From NCBI RefSeq assembly GCF_000315625.1, contig NW_005434608.1:319747-383746 (forward strand): DNA of 64,000 bases. The letters are read 5' to 3'. The position numbers and the translations under genes were made by a program. The notes under the pieces are model-generated. The model had not been told where the DNA came from. It searched no databases and saw only the letters and a program-made list of their open reading frames with translations. The stretch comes from Guillardia theta CCMP2712 (Eukaryota > Protista > Cryptophyta). Shown here one piece after another: positions 24,483 through 37,546 of the stretch (within the stretch, counting starts at the first letter, position 1; the number at the start of each line of letters is the position of its first letter).

Positions 24483-27400
24483 ATGGAGGACCTGGAGCTT
24501 CTTCCGGGTGAAGTAGTGAACCTCCGCCTTGAGAGGGTTGGAGTGTTCTATGGCTCGACGTGTGGGCTCGACCCGCAAGGAGGGCATGGCTCGCTGGTGG
24601 TTACCAACTATCAGATGTCCTTCAACTGGGGAGGAAAGAAACCGATCTGCGTCCCCCACCTCAACGTTACGAAACTCAGCAAGCGCGACCGTGCGACGGA
24701 CAAGCGCTCGGAGGACTGGGATGGAGGGCAGGGGAGCGCGGCAAACCCCCTCACGCACAAGATGGGGATGCTGCACCTGGAAAGGAGGGACGCGACGCCG
24801 ATGACCATCATCCTGTTCGCAGCCTCGACGCTGATCGACTGTATCAATGACGAGCTGTACCCGAACCCTACGAGACAGTGCTCCAAGTTGTTCGAGACCT
24901 TGATGTCTTATGTCTTTCCTCGCTCACTCACCAAGGTCCCTCGATGCCCTCATGGTCCGCTGGCCTGACGTCTTGGTCCAGGTCTTCGCGTTCTCTTACC
25001 GACAGCAGTTCGAGCCCGAGACTGATGGTTGGAAAGTTTACAATCCAGATGATGAGTTTGCTCGACAGGTCAGTATGAAGTTTCGACCTACTCACTCCTC
25101 TCACTCACTCGTTCTACTCTCTTCCTGTCCGTCTACCGTCTCACTCCCTTCTCTTCATCTCTCAACTTACTCCCCCCTTCCCTTCTCTGCCTATCCTGAC
25201 CCATATGCGTTCCCCAGGGTGTTCTGGCCCCCAACAGCGGGTGGCGAGTCTCGCATGTCAACCACGAGTACACAGCCTGTGAGTCTTACCCGAGGAAAGT
25301 CGCGGTCCCCGCGGGGATCCGCGACTGGGAGATCAAGAAGGCGCTCGAGTTCCGAGCCAACGGTCGTTTCCCCATCATGGTCTGGAAGAGCCCGAGGGGG
25401 GAGAGCGTCATCTGCCGCTCTGCCCAGCCTCTCCCTGGCCTGTTCCGCATGCGGAACAAGGAGGACGAGCGGCTGGTGGGGCTGATCCGAGCGGCCAACA
25501 CGAGTCCCGCCCCCCTGTATATCATCGACGCGCGGCCGCACACGAACGCGCAGGCCAACACAGTGTTCCGAGCCGCGGGGTACGAGCGAGGGTCGTATGA
25601 GAAGTGCGAGATAGTCTTCCTTGGGATCGAGAACATCCATGCTGTCCGCAAGTCCTACACGCGCCTGCGCGAACTCTGCACTTCCCCTCCTGCGGACGAC
25701 GACGAGCGATGGATGCAGAACGTGCAGGAGACGTACTGGCTGCAGTACATCTCGAAGCTCCTCCAGGGGTCGCGGAGGATCGCGGAGTTCGTGATGCTTG
25801 AGCGCGCCTCTGTCCTCATCCACTGCAGCGATGGATGGGACAGGACGCCGCAGATCTCGTCGCTGGCCCAGATGATGATCGACCCCTTCTACCGCACACT
25901 GAGAGGCTTCGAGGTGGTGGTGGAGAAGGAATGGTGCGCGCTAGGACACAAGTTCAGCCTGCGCTATGCGCATGGGGGATCGTCAGACAAGCAGGTGTGT
26001 TGAGAGGGTTGGCAGTTGCTCTTCCCTCTTGTCAGCTGCTCACACTGCTGCTGTGCTTGCAGGAGGCGGCGCCCGTGATCGCCCAGTGGGCTGACTGCAT
26101 CTGGCAAATGATGCGGCAGTTCCCGACGGCGTTCGAGGTGAACGAGGAGCTGCTGCTGGAGCTCATCGAGATGGTTCACGTGTGCAAGTTCGGGACCTTC
26201 TTGTTCAACAGCGAGTGCGAGAGGCGTCGGGCTGGCGTGCACAAGAAGACTGTGTCGTTCTGGTCGCACGTCAACATGAACCTTGACAGGTCTTGACCCA
26301 GTCAATTTCTCCTCCCCCTCCTGTTGTGACAACTCCTCCATCTCTTGTTGATATCGCTCCGTACATGGTCGTTTACCTTGTTGTTGTTGCAATGACTGTC
26401 GCTGTTGTCTCTGTTGAACCTTCTCGTCCCCACGAAAGCTTCTCCTCATACCTTTCTCTTCCTCCAGGTACCGCAACCCCCACTACGTCAAGTATCCGGG
26501 TTTGATCTTCCCGGAGACGAGCGTGCGGAGGCTCTATGTGTGGGAGAAGCTCTTCTTCCGCGACTGTACCTCGTTGCCTCCCCCGCAGGATCACTGCCCG
26601 AGCATCGAGCTTGAGTCCAGCGCCTCGCACATCAGCAGGCAGCTAACGGAGCTCAACGGCAGCGTCGAGAAGCTCTCCAAGGAGAACGCGGAGCTGCGCA
26701 TCCAGACAGACCGAGACAAAATGAGGATAAGGGAGCTGGAGAGTCGCTTGCGATCCCTGGCAGGAGAAGCCTTCTCCCCTCATGGCTCCTCCCACTCCGC
26801 CGGACTAGAGATGGGGCAGAGGTAAGTGATGCCTCGTCTGTGAACCTCCTGCTCCTCCTCCTCCTCCTCCTCCTCCTCCTCCTCCTCCTCCTCCTCATCC
26901 CATACCCCATGCACCTCTACCTGTCCCTACCCTTCTCCCTTGTCTGACTCGTGTTGCAGGCAAATCTCAGCAGAGTCGCTCGACAGCTGCTACAGCCCGG
27001 CGGGCTCGAGGAATGGAGATTTGGGGAACGCGAGGGAAATGTGGGCGAGTCCGACGGGAGTCTTGTGGAGCTCGGAGACGAGAGGCAGGAGCATCTTCGA
27101 CCTCGATGAGAGCTGGCACAAGGCCGTTCGTCTTAGAGCCGAGGGGATGAAGATCGACGGACAGGTGCTCGTCTCCCTGCTACCCTCAGTCCTTGTGCTG
27201 CTGCCTCCTCCCTCCTCGCAGCCTGCTGATGCTTCCTTCTCTCTCGCTCACTGTCCCCTTGTCCAACTCTCCCTACATGCTCGCTCTCTCATCCTCCTGC
27301 TTCTCTCCCCCTCCACACCTTCGTCTCCTCTTCTTCCCCTTGACTTGCTTTATATGCAGATTGCCGAGCTCGTGTGCGACGTCGTGGACTGCGTGGCGTC

Positions 27401-28640
27401 CCAGCTGGGGGAGGCACTTCTGCCCTCAGCGAACGGGGAGCAGCGATCATCGAAAGCTGCGTGAGTGACAGCATTGTGCGGCAGCCCTCGCGTTCCTGAC
27501 AGTGAGGGGGCAGGAGGAGCTCGGAGTCGGACAGCAGCGAAGACCAGGACGAGGAAGGGATGTACAGCTCAGACTCGAAGCCGCGAGTGCTGGCGCGAGA
27601 GACGAGCTCCGACCCTTTTTCCGAGAACGAGTCGACGGTGAGTCGAGAAGAGACTGCGTAGAGGAGAGGAGGGAAGCAGAGGAGAGGTTGTCAGTAGAGC
27701 GGAGGGAGGAGGAAGAGGAGGAGGAGAGACTTCGGTCGTTTCCCCGTCTCATGGCTGGGTACAGGGGGGATCCGCAGCAGAGACGGCGATGGTGGAGGGA
27801 GAGGAGGGATGGATGTCAAAGGCTGCAGCACGAGGAACAAACCCCCTCCAGGATCCCTTCGGACTTCACCCGAGGTAGAGCATCCCCCGTCCTGTGCTCC
27901 CTTGACCTGCTGCAGTGAGAACGGGAACATGGAGGGAGGGAGGAGGAGGAGGAGAGGGGCAAGAGTGAAGGACGTCCCCCCGGGCATTTCTCTTGAAGCT
28001 CCACTGGATGAGACGTCCGCTAAGTGGATTCCGGATCAGGTCAGCGAGAGGGAAGGGAGGGAATGGAAGAGGATGGGGGAGGGAAGGGAGAAAGAGATGG
28101 GAAGAGGATGGGGGAGGGAGAGGGTGCGGAGGGAGGACGAGAGGGTCTGACTGGGGGCTCAGGGAGTCTCCCAGTGCTTCAAGTGTAAGAGAAGCTTTGA
28201 CTTCTTCAACCGCCGCCATCACTGCCGATCTTGCGGGCGGATCTTCTGCAGGTGAAGGGGAAGGGGAAGGGGGGGGGGGGAGGATGGGAGGCGTCTGATG
28301 TGGCTCTGCTGCAGCGCCTGCTCGTCTCAGAAGAGCAGAATCTCTCGCATGCAGATCGACAAACTGGTGAGGGAGGCAGAGCACCGAAATTGTTGATGGA
28401 AGAGGAGGAGGAGGAGGAGAAGGAGGAGGAGGAGGAGGAGGAGGAGGAGGAGGGACGGAAGGAGGAGGGAGGGAGGGAGGAGGAGGAGGGACGGATGGAG
28501 GAGGGGGTAAGGGGAGGAAGAGGAGGGAGGGAGGGAGGGAGGGAGGGAGGGAGGGGAGATCTGACTGAGTGTTGTAGGTGCGAGTTTGTCTGCGATGTTA
28601 CACTTACCTACAGCGGCTGGAGTCGGACCTCGACCCCTAG
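24483..28640 (+). CDS. myotubularin-family phosphoinositide 3-phosphatase with coiled coil and C-terminal FYVE domain
   Basis: Motifs: [64 protein letters not shown], the catalytic [28 protein letters not shown]...GHKF and [13 protein letters not shown]: [24 protein letters not shown] and VRVCLRCY. The start may lie further upstream. Confidence 0.93.
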
Positions 28641-29020
28641 ACCTTGAACCATTTTCACTAGTCACACACCTATCAATTCCTAGACCTTCAACCTCATCTC
28701 CCCTCCACCACCACCTTCCCCTGATCTTTCCTCCCGCTTTGAAGGGCCCATCAACGCCTTCCTTGATGTACAAGAAATGAAGATTAACCGCTCTGAGCGG
28801 CTCTAGTTTACAGCAATCTTGTGTTTCGCGTGAAAAGAGGTGCAAGAGACCTCGAAGACGCCTCCTCCTCCTCCTCCTCCTCCTCCTCCTATCTCCCTAC
28901 ACCCAGCTTCTCTCTCATCCCTTCAAGCTTGGCATCGCCCTCGCCCTACCCTCCTTCCCTCTCTCCTTCCCTCTGACCTCAGCCCGTCCCCTTACCGTCC
29001 CCTGCTTCTTCTGGCAGAGC

Positions 29021-32000
29021 CTAAGGGAAACGAGGGTCCTTGCTGATCCTCGGGATCTGCTCCACGAAGGAGCTGGAGAGGCCGAAGATGGACTGAGGGA
29101 TGTAGGGGTTCAGGGGGGCCGCCTGCAGCCACGTCATCACTCCGCCTCCTTGAACTGCTCGCACGCACCGCATAAGGATTCTCGGTGCATGGCATGACGC
29201 AGATTTCCTGCTCGCAAGTTACAGGAGGAGGGAGGAGAGCGGGGAGGATGCTCGGATTGGTGTCGAGAGCTGACCTGATCGATGAAGAGATCAGTGCTGG
29301 TCATGTCAGGGTTCACTTCAAGGATCTTCTTGATGGTTGTGCGGAGTCTTGCGGCTGCGAACTGCGTCATGAAAGGAGTAGGAGGAGGGAGCGGCACGTC
29401 AAGGAGGAAAGGAAAGAGGAGATCGCAGAATGTTTGCCAAGGGATCAAGCGAGACGAGAAACAAGACAGTGAGCTAGTGAGGTCAGAGAGGGAGCAGAAC
29501 GACTAGGATAGATATCGAAGGTGAACAAGTTGACACCAGAAGACGAGGAGGAGGAGGAGAAGGAGGAGGAGAAGGAGGAGAAGGAGGAGAAGGAGGAGAA
29601 GGAGGAATATACCGACTCTTGAAAGTGTGTCTCCCAGCTGCACCTTGTACGTTGACCCGATCACGACGGGCAGATAGTTTCGCAGGACCAGGTCCGGATC
29701 CTGAATGTCCGGATTGAAGTTCCACAGGCGCAGCCTGCATCATTTCAAGTCAGCAAAGGGAGAGGAGGAGAGCGAGAGAGGAAGGAGAAGAATTGCAAGA
29801 AATCAGGGGATAAGGTCAGGATGAGGAACAGCATCAAGTGTGGTGTTGGTGGTGGCCAACGAGGCGATAGGAGGAGTGAAAAGAAGGGGCAGTTGAAGAA
29901 GGTAAAGGGAGCGGGGGAGGAGGAGGAGGACGTAGGAGAAGGAGACGGAGAGAGGCGGAGGAGGAGGAGGAGGAGGAGAAGGACGTAGGAGAAGGATAGG
30001 AAGGAGGAGGAGGAGAAGGACGGGAGTAACCAGTTGGTGTCGAAGTTGTACTGCTCGGCCACGTAGTTCAAAGTCTCTCCGACTCTCGTACAATAATAAC
30101 ATTTCATAACCTTGAGGAAAGCGCAGACCTGACGTGCGTCATACTTCAGCCCCTCACCTCACAACACTTCTTCCTCCCTTTCTCCCTCCTCTCCATATTC
30201 CCACCCTCCTTCCTTCGCCCGCTCTCCCGAATTTTTGCGCCACACTTCCTTGAGTAGCTTGTTTCTGGCACCTCTACCCTCCCACTCGTCCTTTACACTA
30301 CTGGTTTTGATGATTTCTTTCCCCAATCCCCTGCTTTACCTCAGCAAGGCTCGAAGAATTTCCCACGTGGCTTCCGCGCATGCAGACCTGATGCGTCTGG
30401 CCCTCCATTCCCCGCAGAGGAGTCCACTGGAAGACAGCTACCACCTTGTTCCCCTGCTGCGAGTTCGAGAAAGCTCGCCAAGGAGGAGACAGCTCTCCTG
30501 CGCCAGATGGTTGAGAGAGCTCGAGGAGAGGAGGAGAGATTACCCGGAGAGACGAAAAACCCGCTTCCTGTACCTCTGCAGCTCATTTGATCCCACAGGC
30601 ACTGATGGCGGGGATACGCTTCTGCCGCCGATGTGGGTTCGCAAGCAGCAGAGGTCGACGAGGAAGAGCAAGGCGTGATGCTTCCAGCCCCGCAAGCGCA
30701 GCAGGCCTGAGAGGAGGGTGAGGGGCGGGGAGGAAGATCGCTAGAGGATACGCAATGAGGTGCGAGAGGTCAAGGACAAACCTGATTAGCAGCGAGCCCT
30801 CCGATCCGAGCAAAGGCAGAGAATGAGCCCCCCAACCTGCTGCAAGCTTCACCCAATCCCCTCCTCTAGATGAAAGCAGAGACTGTGCCTCCCTGCTCAC
30901 CCGCTCACAAAGTTGGCTCCTGCTGCTCCGTCCCTGCAGAACCCCAGCTGGACATACTGGTCGCACGTGCGTCCCAGCCTGTCCGTCCAGGGAGTCTCTG
31001 TGAGGGAAAAGCTTGTCACATCGGTGCAAGTCTTGTTCTGCGCCCTCCAACTCCAAGAGGCGCCCGGAGGAAGCACCTTGGTCGTGTCCTCCAGGTAGAC
31101 GTCGTAGTTGGCGTCTGAGATCCCCATGGCGAACTGGATGGGGCAGTTGATGTAAGCCTTGTACTCCCTCCTGTCCAGAACCCACTGGGCTGTTGCCTCG
31201 AAGGTGGTGGAGCTAACGACAGACTGCTGCATGCTCACAGGGTCCGTGAACGTCTCCGTCCTCCCACCTATCACCATCCCCACCGTCCCCGCGTAGTAGC
31301 TCGGCGCCGGCTTCACGAGGTCGATCACCACCGTCTTGACACTCGATCCCCTGCCCGCACTGTCGAAGGCCTGGAACTTCACGGTGAAGGAGCAGGTGGA
31401 GGGAGAGGAACAAACGGCCTGACTCGGCCCCGGCGTCCACGTGAGCGTGCGAGCTACGAGCCGTCCTGGGTTGCTCTCCGCCTTCCCCACCTGATCGGCT
31501 GAGCACCATGTTCGCATGGCGATGACCTCACTGTCAACCTTGTTGGCGATGAAGGCGGCGATAGAGGCATCTGGTACCACCTTGAACCCGAACGTCGCCG
31601 TGCCGAAATTCTGGCACATGGGACAAGGGTACGCGCCTCCAACCGAGACGCACCTCTGATAGTTTCTGTTGGCCGTGACCTGAGCTCCGTTGGGAACGCC
31701 AGGGTCCTCCAGCACATAAATTGAGACGTCTGCTTCAAGGCTCTCTGCGTACACGGTGAAGGCTAGGGGACGGCCCACGTACGCTGTGAGGCGACATGGC
31801 GTGCTGGAGTCGTTGAGGAGAGGCCCTGCGTGCCTCCCTCCTCCATAGTCGAACATTTGAAACTGCGACGAGAACAAGTTCACGCCTGCAGAGTTGTTCT
31901 TGAACACGGAGAGACCGTTGAGTACTGTAGGCGAAGCCTCGCCATAATGAATGTGATTCATGCAGTTCTCTTCCGGCCAGAAGGGGTTCGAAGCCCCTCC

Positions 32001-32057
32001 TTGTATGACGGAGAAGAGGCAGAGAAGCAAGCATGTTCGAATGCAGCTTGTTGCCAT
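29021..32057 (-). CDS. secreted Cys-containing protein with two C-terminal LysM-like domains
   Basis: Signal peptide MATSCIRTCLLLCLFSVIQGGA, then a long first exon. C-terminal exons read CYYCTRVGETLNYVAEQYNFDTNW|LRLWNFNPDIQDPDLVL and YKVQLGDTLS..|.AAARLRTTIKKILEVNPDMTSTDLFIDQ|EICVMPC, which fit the LysM consensus. Confidence 0.82.
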
Positions 32058-32609
32058 CTTTGACTGGGAGAAAAGCGAGAAAGAATGTGAAGCAACCATA
32101 TCACAATAAGACTTGAAACGGATGACAACGAGGCTGGGAGGAAAGGGAGAGAGGAGCGGGAGAAGAGGGAGCAAGAGAGGAGCAGGAGGGAGGGAGCAAG
32201 CGAGGAGGATAGATCGGCTGAGGGGAGGAGGATCAGGAACTTGAGGGCTTGGGAGGAGCCAACAGATCGGCACTTGCCAGCGCCATGGCGGATGAGGCTG
32301 AACCGTTAGACCGTTTTTGATGGGTGATGGCACAGGGGGTAGGGGGTATGGGGTAGGGGATGAAGGGGGTAGTGATGATTTTGAATGGAGGAAGTACGTC
32401 AGGGGGGTCATATGCCACTTTACATATAGAGCGGGAGGGGTAGTTCGAACACAGGAAGGACGGGGTCCTGTAGGACATCAATTACCTTTATAGCCCAGGG
32501 GTAGGGTTACATCCGAAGCAAGTGAACCCCCACCCTACCTCATGATATGAGGGGAAGGTGGTTGAAGATTTGACAGGGGTGGTCGAGTGGTACGGGAGCC
32601 TGTAGCGCT

Positions 32610-35600
32610 ATGTGGTCGGGCAGCGAAGGGAGTATGAGCGCGGCAGAGAGCCTACTGGAGCGGCTCATGGCGGGGAACATCAGCACAGAAGTGAGCAGAG
32701 AGGATGGGAGAGGAGGAAGGTACGAGGGAGACGACGAGGACGGGAGGAGGTGGAGAGATAGCGGTGCTTCTTGGTATGCAAACGGGTACGGTGAAGATGA
32801 AGAAGCGGAATACAGCAGCGTCCAGTCGAGTGTGTGGTCGTCTAGCGTCGATGTAAGCATTCATGAACGAACAGAGAACATGATGGACCTGAAGAAGACG
32901 ATCAGAACTCGATGGAGTGAGTTCGAGAACCAAAATGCTGGCACTTCACCTTCGAACCTATCCTCTGAAGTCTTCCAGCAAGATTCTAGAAGATCCAGCC
33001 TGAAGAATGGACTCAGCGAGGAGCACGGAAGAGGAGAGGTGATCTATCTCTTGATCTCTTGCCTGATGCCACGTGAAGCTGCTGCAGGCCAACATAGTCG
33101 AGCCCCATCTTTGCTTGGCGCGGGAGACATGGAGGTCCGACGTAGCAGGCACTATCGCACTAGAAGAGGGCGAGCGATGCAGGTTGATCCGATACAACCC
33201 GGAGAGATGGTCTCTTGTCGCAAGCCTGGAGAGGAACCGGGACTTCGTGGGATGGTTTCCCTCCGAGCTCCTCCTGTTCCACAGGGATTCGCTGCCCAGT
33301 GTGGCGGATGGTGCGAGCCCGCGGTCGTCCGCGCTGTCCATAGCGAGTCTGTCGTTGAACGATGCGATGATGAAGGAGAGGATGCTCCTGGCAGCAGCTG
33401 AGGAGAGGAAACACGAGATGCCCCGGGGTAGCGCCAACGATCCGTCGGCTGATCGCCTCCTCCTCCGCAAGGCCCAGCTACACCACCAGGAGCAAGTGCT
33501 TGAGGAGTTCTGGAGGATGAAACTGTGAGTATGCTGCCTGCGTTTCGTTTTCTCCTCCTCACTCTTGACTCCCTGCCGTGTGCTCAACAGGAAGTCTGAC
33601 AACTGGAACGAGCGAGAGGCTGCCGTCATCGTACGTCACTCGCCACCCCTCCTCTGTCAGAGCCTCTGACTTTCCCTTTCGAGCAGGCGCTGGGGAGAGT
33701 AGCGGACAGCATGCGGGAGAGCAGCACGTCGGCGGATCGGCGGCTCCTGCTCAACGCGTACGTGGATGCAGAGCTCCCTCCTCCTGGTTGGCTGCTGTCG
33801 GCCTCAGTGACAGATGAGGCGGCGAGCAAGAGGGCGAATGGGGGGATGGGGCCGACGGCTGACGTTCATGGAATCATCTCCCTCCTCCCCAAACTTCTCT
33901 ACCAGGAGGCCCTGGAGTACATGCAGCATGCGGGTGATTTCTCCCGTCTCCCCCATTTCCTCCAACCCCTCTCGCTCCTTCCTCCCCTGCCCTCCTCCCT
34001 CTTGTTTATCCCATCCCTCCCCCTCATCCATATACCCTTTCTTCCATCCTCACTTCTATCCTCCTTCCCTTTCTGTCTCTCTTCCTGTCGCTCCTACACT
34101 TTCTCGCTCTCCCCTGTATCAGCCTTGTCACTCGCTCATGGCTTTTTCCTGACCTTTCTCGTCTCAGGAGCTGCCCGACACCTTTATGCAGAAGTTTCTG
34201 CGCATACCCAGCAGGAAAACTCAGTGATCGGGGAGGAGAGGAGCCGGAGCCACCTGTCGAACGAGAGGAGAGGCGATGAGGGAGGAGGGAGAGAACTTCA
34301 GTCCACAAGCAGTTCAGCGTCCCTCCGGCGCTTCATTGGGTCACCGCAGCCCACGTACGAGTCGGGAACATGGCTGCACGAGCAGCTGAAGGAGAGGGAC
34401 ACTCTCTCCTCGCCTGTTGCTGAGAGCGACGAGCAGAACGGAAGACAGAGCTCGAGGCTACAGGAGGAGGAGGAAGAGGAGGAGGAGGAGGAGGACGTGA
34501 AAGTGCGACCGCGGAGGGGCATGCTTGGCAAGGAGCAAGTACAGGAGAGAAGAGGAGCCAAGCTCCTGTTGAAGGATGAGAGTTCAAGCGACAGTGAGAG
34601 AGAATCAAACATGTCACGACGGACAACAAGCAAGTCCTGGAATGGCTCGACAACTGTGAATGACAAGCGTTCAAAGAGACGGCAGGAAGAGGAGGAGGAG
34701 GAGGAAGAGGAGGAAGAGGAGGAGAGGCGTCCAGTGCCAGGTCAAGTGCTTCACCCTCGCCTCACCCAACGTCCTGTAACTGTGCATCAAGAGGAGGAGG
34801 ATGGAAGGGAACCCAGTAAGGTGAAGCCATACGTCGAGGAGAAAGTGGAGGAGGACGGGAGGGAGGCAGAGACAAGGCGAACCAACGGAAACGATAACGA
34901 GAAAGCGACGAAGCCTGCAAGGCATCGAGAAACTTCTGCTGCTACTTCCTACGTGAGGTGAGTCTAGACCAGAAAAAAACGAAAGTCATCTGCTATCTTA
35001 GCTTTTCTCTTCTTCTTCTCTTCTGCTCCTGGCCCCCTTGCTCCTGGTCCCCTCCTTTGCAGCTCATTGCTGATCCCTCGTCCTCTTGACCTGTCTTGCA
35101 GCCTCTCCAAGTTCCTTCCCAGCAGCTTCCGCAGGAGCGAGTCGAACTCCAAAAGAGCAGAACCCCACAGCTCCTCGAGTTCCGAGGACGAGGGTTCTCA
35201 AGGTAGCGGAGCAGCACAAGACGAGCTCTTTCCTGACTTGCTGGCCTGCAGCAGCTGCGAGACGCAGGTCGCAGTTCGCAAGGAACATCGCTTCTCGTGG
35301 GGGATCAGCCAACAGCCATCGGACTTCCTCGGGAGGAGGAGGAGGAGGAGGAGGAGGAGGAGAGCGGTCGGAGTTCTCTCTGGAGAGGCAGAACTCAGCG
35401 ACTAGCTCCGAGCTGAGCAGGCCCGTGAGCTCAATCGGCCTGCCCAAGAGAGAGAACTCGTCGCATCCTCTCGTGGTCCCGCTATCTCTACCTCGCCGAG
35501 CACGCAGCGGTTCTCCTTTCAGCATGTCCTCGAGCGAAGGAGGAGCATCGGGTCTGTCGTCCTACGCCAAGGAGATGATCCAGAAGAAACAGAACAAGCC

Positions 35601-35893
35601 GTCCATAGTCGTCGAGCAAGTGCTGGAGGACGTGAGGAGGAGGAAGGCAGCAAGCATGCAGGTGGAGAGGAGGAGATTGGCGTATGATGCGATGAGAATG
35701 TGTGGGGAGGGAGAGCAAGAGGGGGACGTGGGGATGGGAGGGAGGAGGGAGAGGGAGAAGAAAGAGGTAGGCTGAGTTACTCCGTCCATCATGTTTGTTG
35801 TGTTGATTATCTTGATACTCGTGGATGGTTCTCGTTTTGACTTGGTTCCAACCATTTTTCTACTCTCTCTGTCTCTCTCCCTTTCTCCCTTTC

Positions 35894-35930
<37 letters not shown>

Positions 35931-36661
35931 GCCTCTCCCCTCTCTCTCTCTCTCTGCCTCCCTCCTCCCCTCCCTCCCCCCCCCCCCCCCTCTCTCTCTC
36001 TGCAGATCAACGCTCCCCTTCTCTCTCATTCCTCCAGCGTCGCTCACATGCTTATGGCCTTGGAACGAGCAAAAACTCCGGTACAGGTATCCAACGCCTC
36101 CCCCACCCCCTTCTCCTCTCGATTCACCCTTCCCGCTTACTTACCCAACTCTTCGTTCGTTCCTCGCTCCTTCCTCTCTCTGATCCTCCTCGTGACCTCC
36201 CTGTCAGACTTCGTCTCCGCAGACTCTGCGAGCAGACTTGGCGAGCGTCAAGGAGCAGCCGGACAAGAGCGACGTGCTCTCCAGGGTCAGGAGCGAGATC
36301 TCCCTCCTGCTCACCCCCCGGGGAGCCAAGAAAGAGCAGGAGAAGATCCCGTGGAGCTTCAGCCCCGCGTCCTTGGACCCCGTCTCTCCTCCCGAGGGCA
36401 GGGCGGAGAGAGGCAGGTGGGAGGCTGCAGACGTGCTAGCAGGGAGGTACACGGAAGGGAGGAAGGACGAGACGACGCTGCTGCTGCGGCTGCATGCTGC
36501 TAGCATGGACCCGCTGTCTCCTGCCTCCCAGTACGTTGACCTTGCATGCTATGAGGAGGAGGAGCTGACAGGACGGCAGGAGGAAGGCCAAGACCGTTTC
36601 CCGCATTGCCATGGCTGCCATTGCCTGTCACTCTTGCCTGGACGACCTGGACTTCGGTTGA
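32610..36661 (+). CDS. SH3-like domain protein with long low-complexity regions
   Basis: The exon at ~33090-33280 encodes CLARETWRSDVAGTIALEEGERCRLIRYNPERWSLVASLERNRDFVGWFPSELL, matching the SH3 W and GWFPS pattern. Downstream Glu/Arg/Ser-rich exons follow. Ends and exon joins are uncertain. Confidence 0.6.
35896..36000 (+). repeat. (CT)n / C-run, intronic
   Basis: Read directly. Confidence 0.9.
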
Positions 36662-36895
36662 GAGAGCCTGCGCGTGCGAGGAAGGAGGCGAAGGAACACG
36701 AACGAGAGGAGGGGGGGAATGAATAAATCTAGTGAGGGAGCGGTGCACGTAGAGAGCAGATTTGCAAACGTCCTTTCATCGTAACCTCCCGTCTCTTCAC
36801 TCCTCCTCGCCCCTGCCCCCCCTCCCTCTTCCACCTTCTCCCCTCCTCTCCTTCCCCCGTCCTGCTCTTTCAGCTCCAGCAGGGCGTCAAGTGGT

Positions 36896-37505
36896 TCAGT
36901 TCCCCTTGCCGTGTCTCTTGCGACTCAGCCCCGCTCCCTTCCCCAACTTCTCTCTCTTCCTCTTTTGAGTCTCCAGCCGCTTTCTCTCGTACTTGGCCTT
37001 GAGCCGCTCCTCCCGCTCCTCCCCCCTCCCCTCCTGCTGCTTCGGCGGCTGAAAAGTCTTGAGCGGGTCCGCGCCCTCCTTCTTCCTCTTCTTCGAGTTG
37101 ACTGGCAACGAGTCCCGCGCCCTCCTCTTCGCCTCCCTCTTGCTCTGCATCACTTGCGTGCGGAGCGAGGGCGGGAGAAGATAGTCGGGGACTTTAGCCA
37201 GATGCGCCATCTGACGGTTGGGAGCAAGAGTGCGATCGTGCCTGCCGCTCGCATGTCAGAGTCCTCCTACCTCCGTCCACCTTGTTGATCCTCCTCCCTC
37301 CCTCCTCCTTGTTGAATCTCCTCCCTCCCTCCTCCTTCTCTATCCTCCGCCTCCTCCGCCTCCTTCTCTCTCTCAGTCCTCCTATCTCTCCGTTCCTTTT
37401 TGAACGTTCCCTTTCTTTGATCACCTTCGCTTCCACCATACCTCCCCTCCCCTCCATCCAACCAAACCTCTCTCCTCCTTTTCTTCGGCATTTTCTGTAC
37501 TGCAT

Positions 37506-37546
<41 letters not shown>

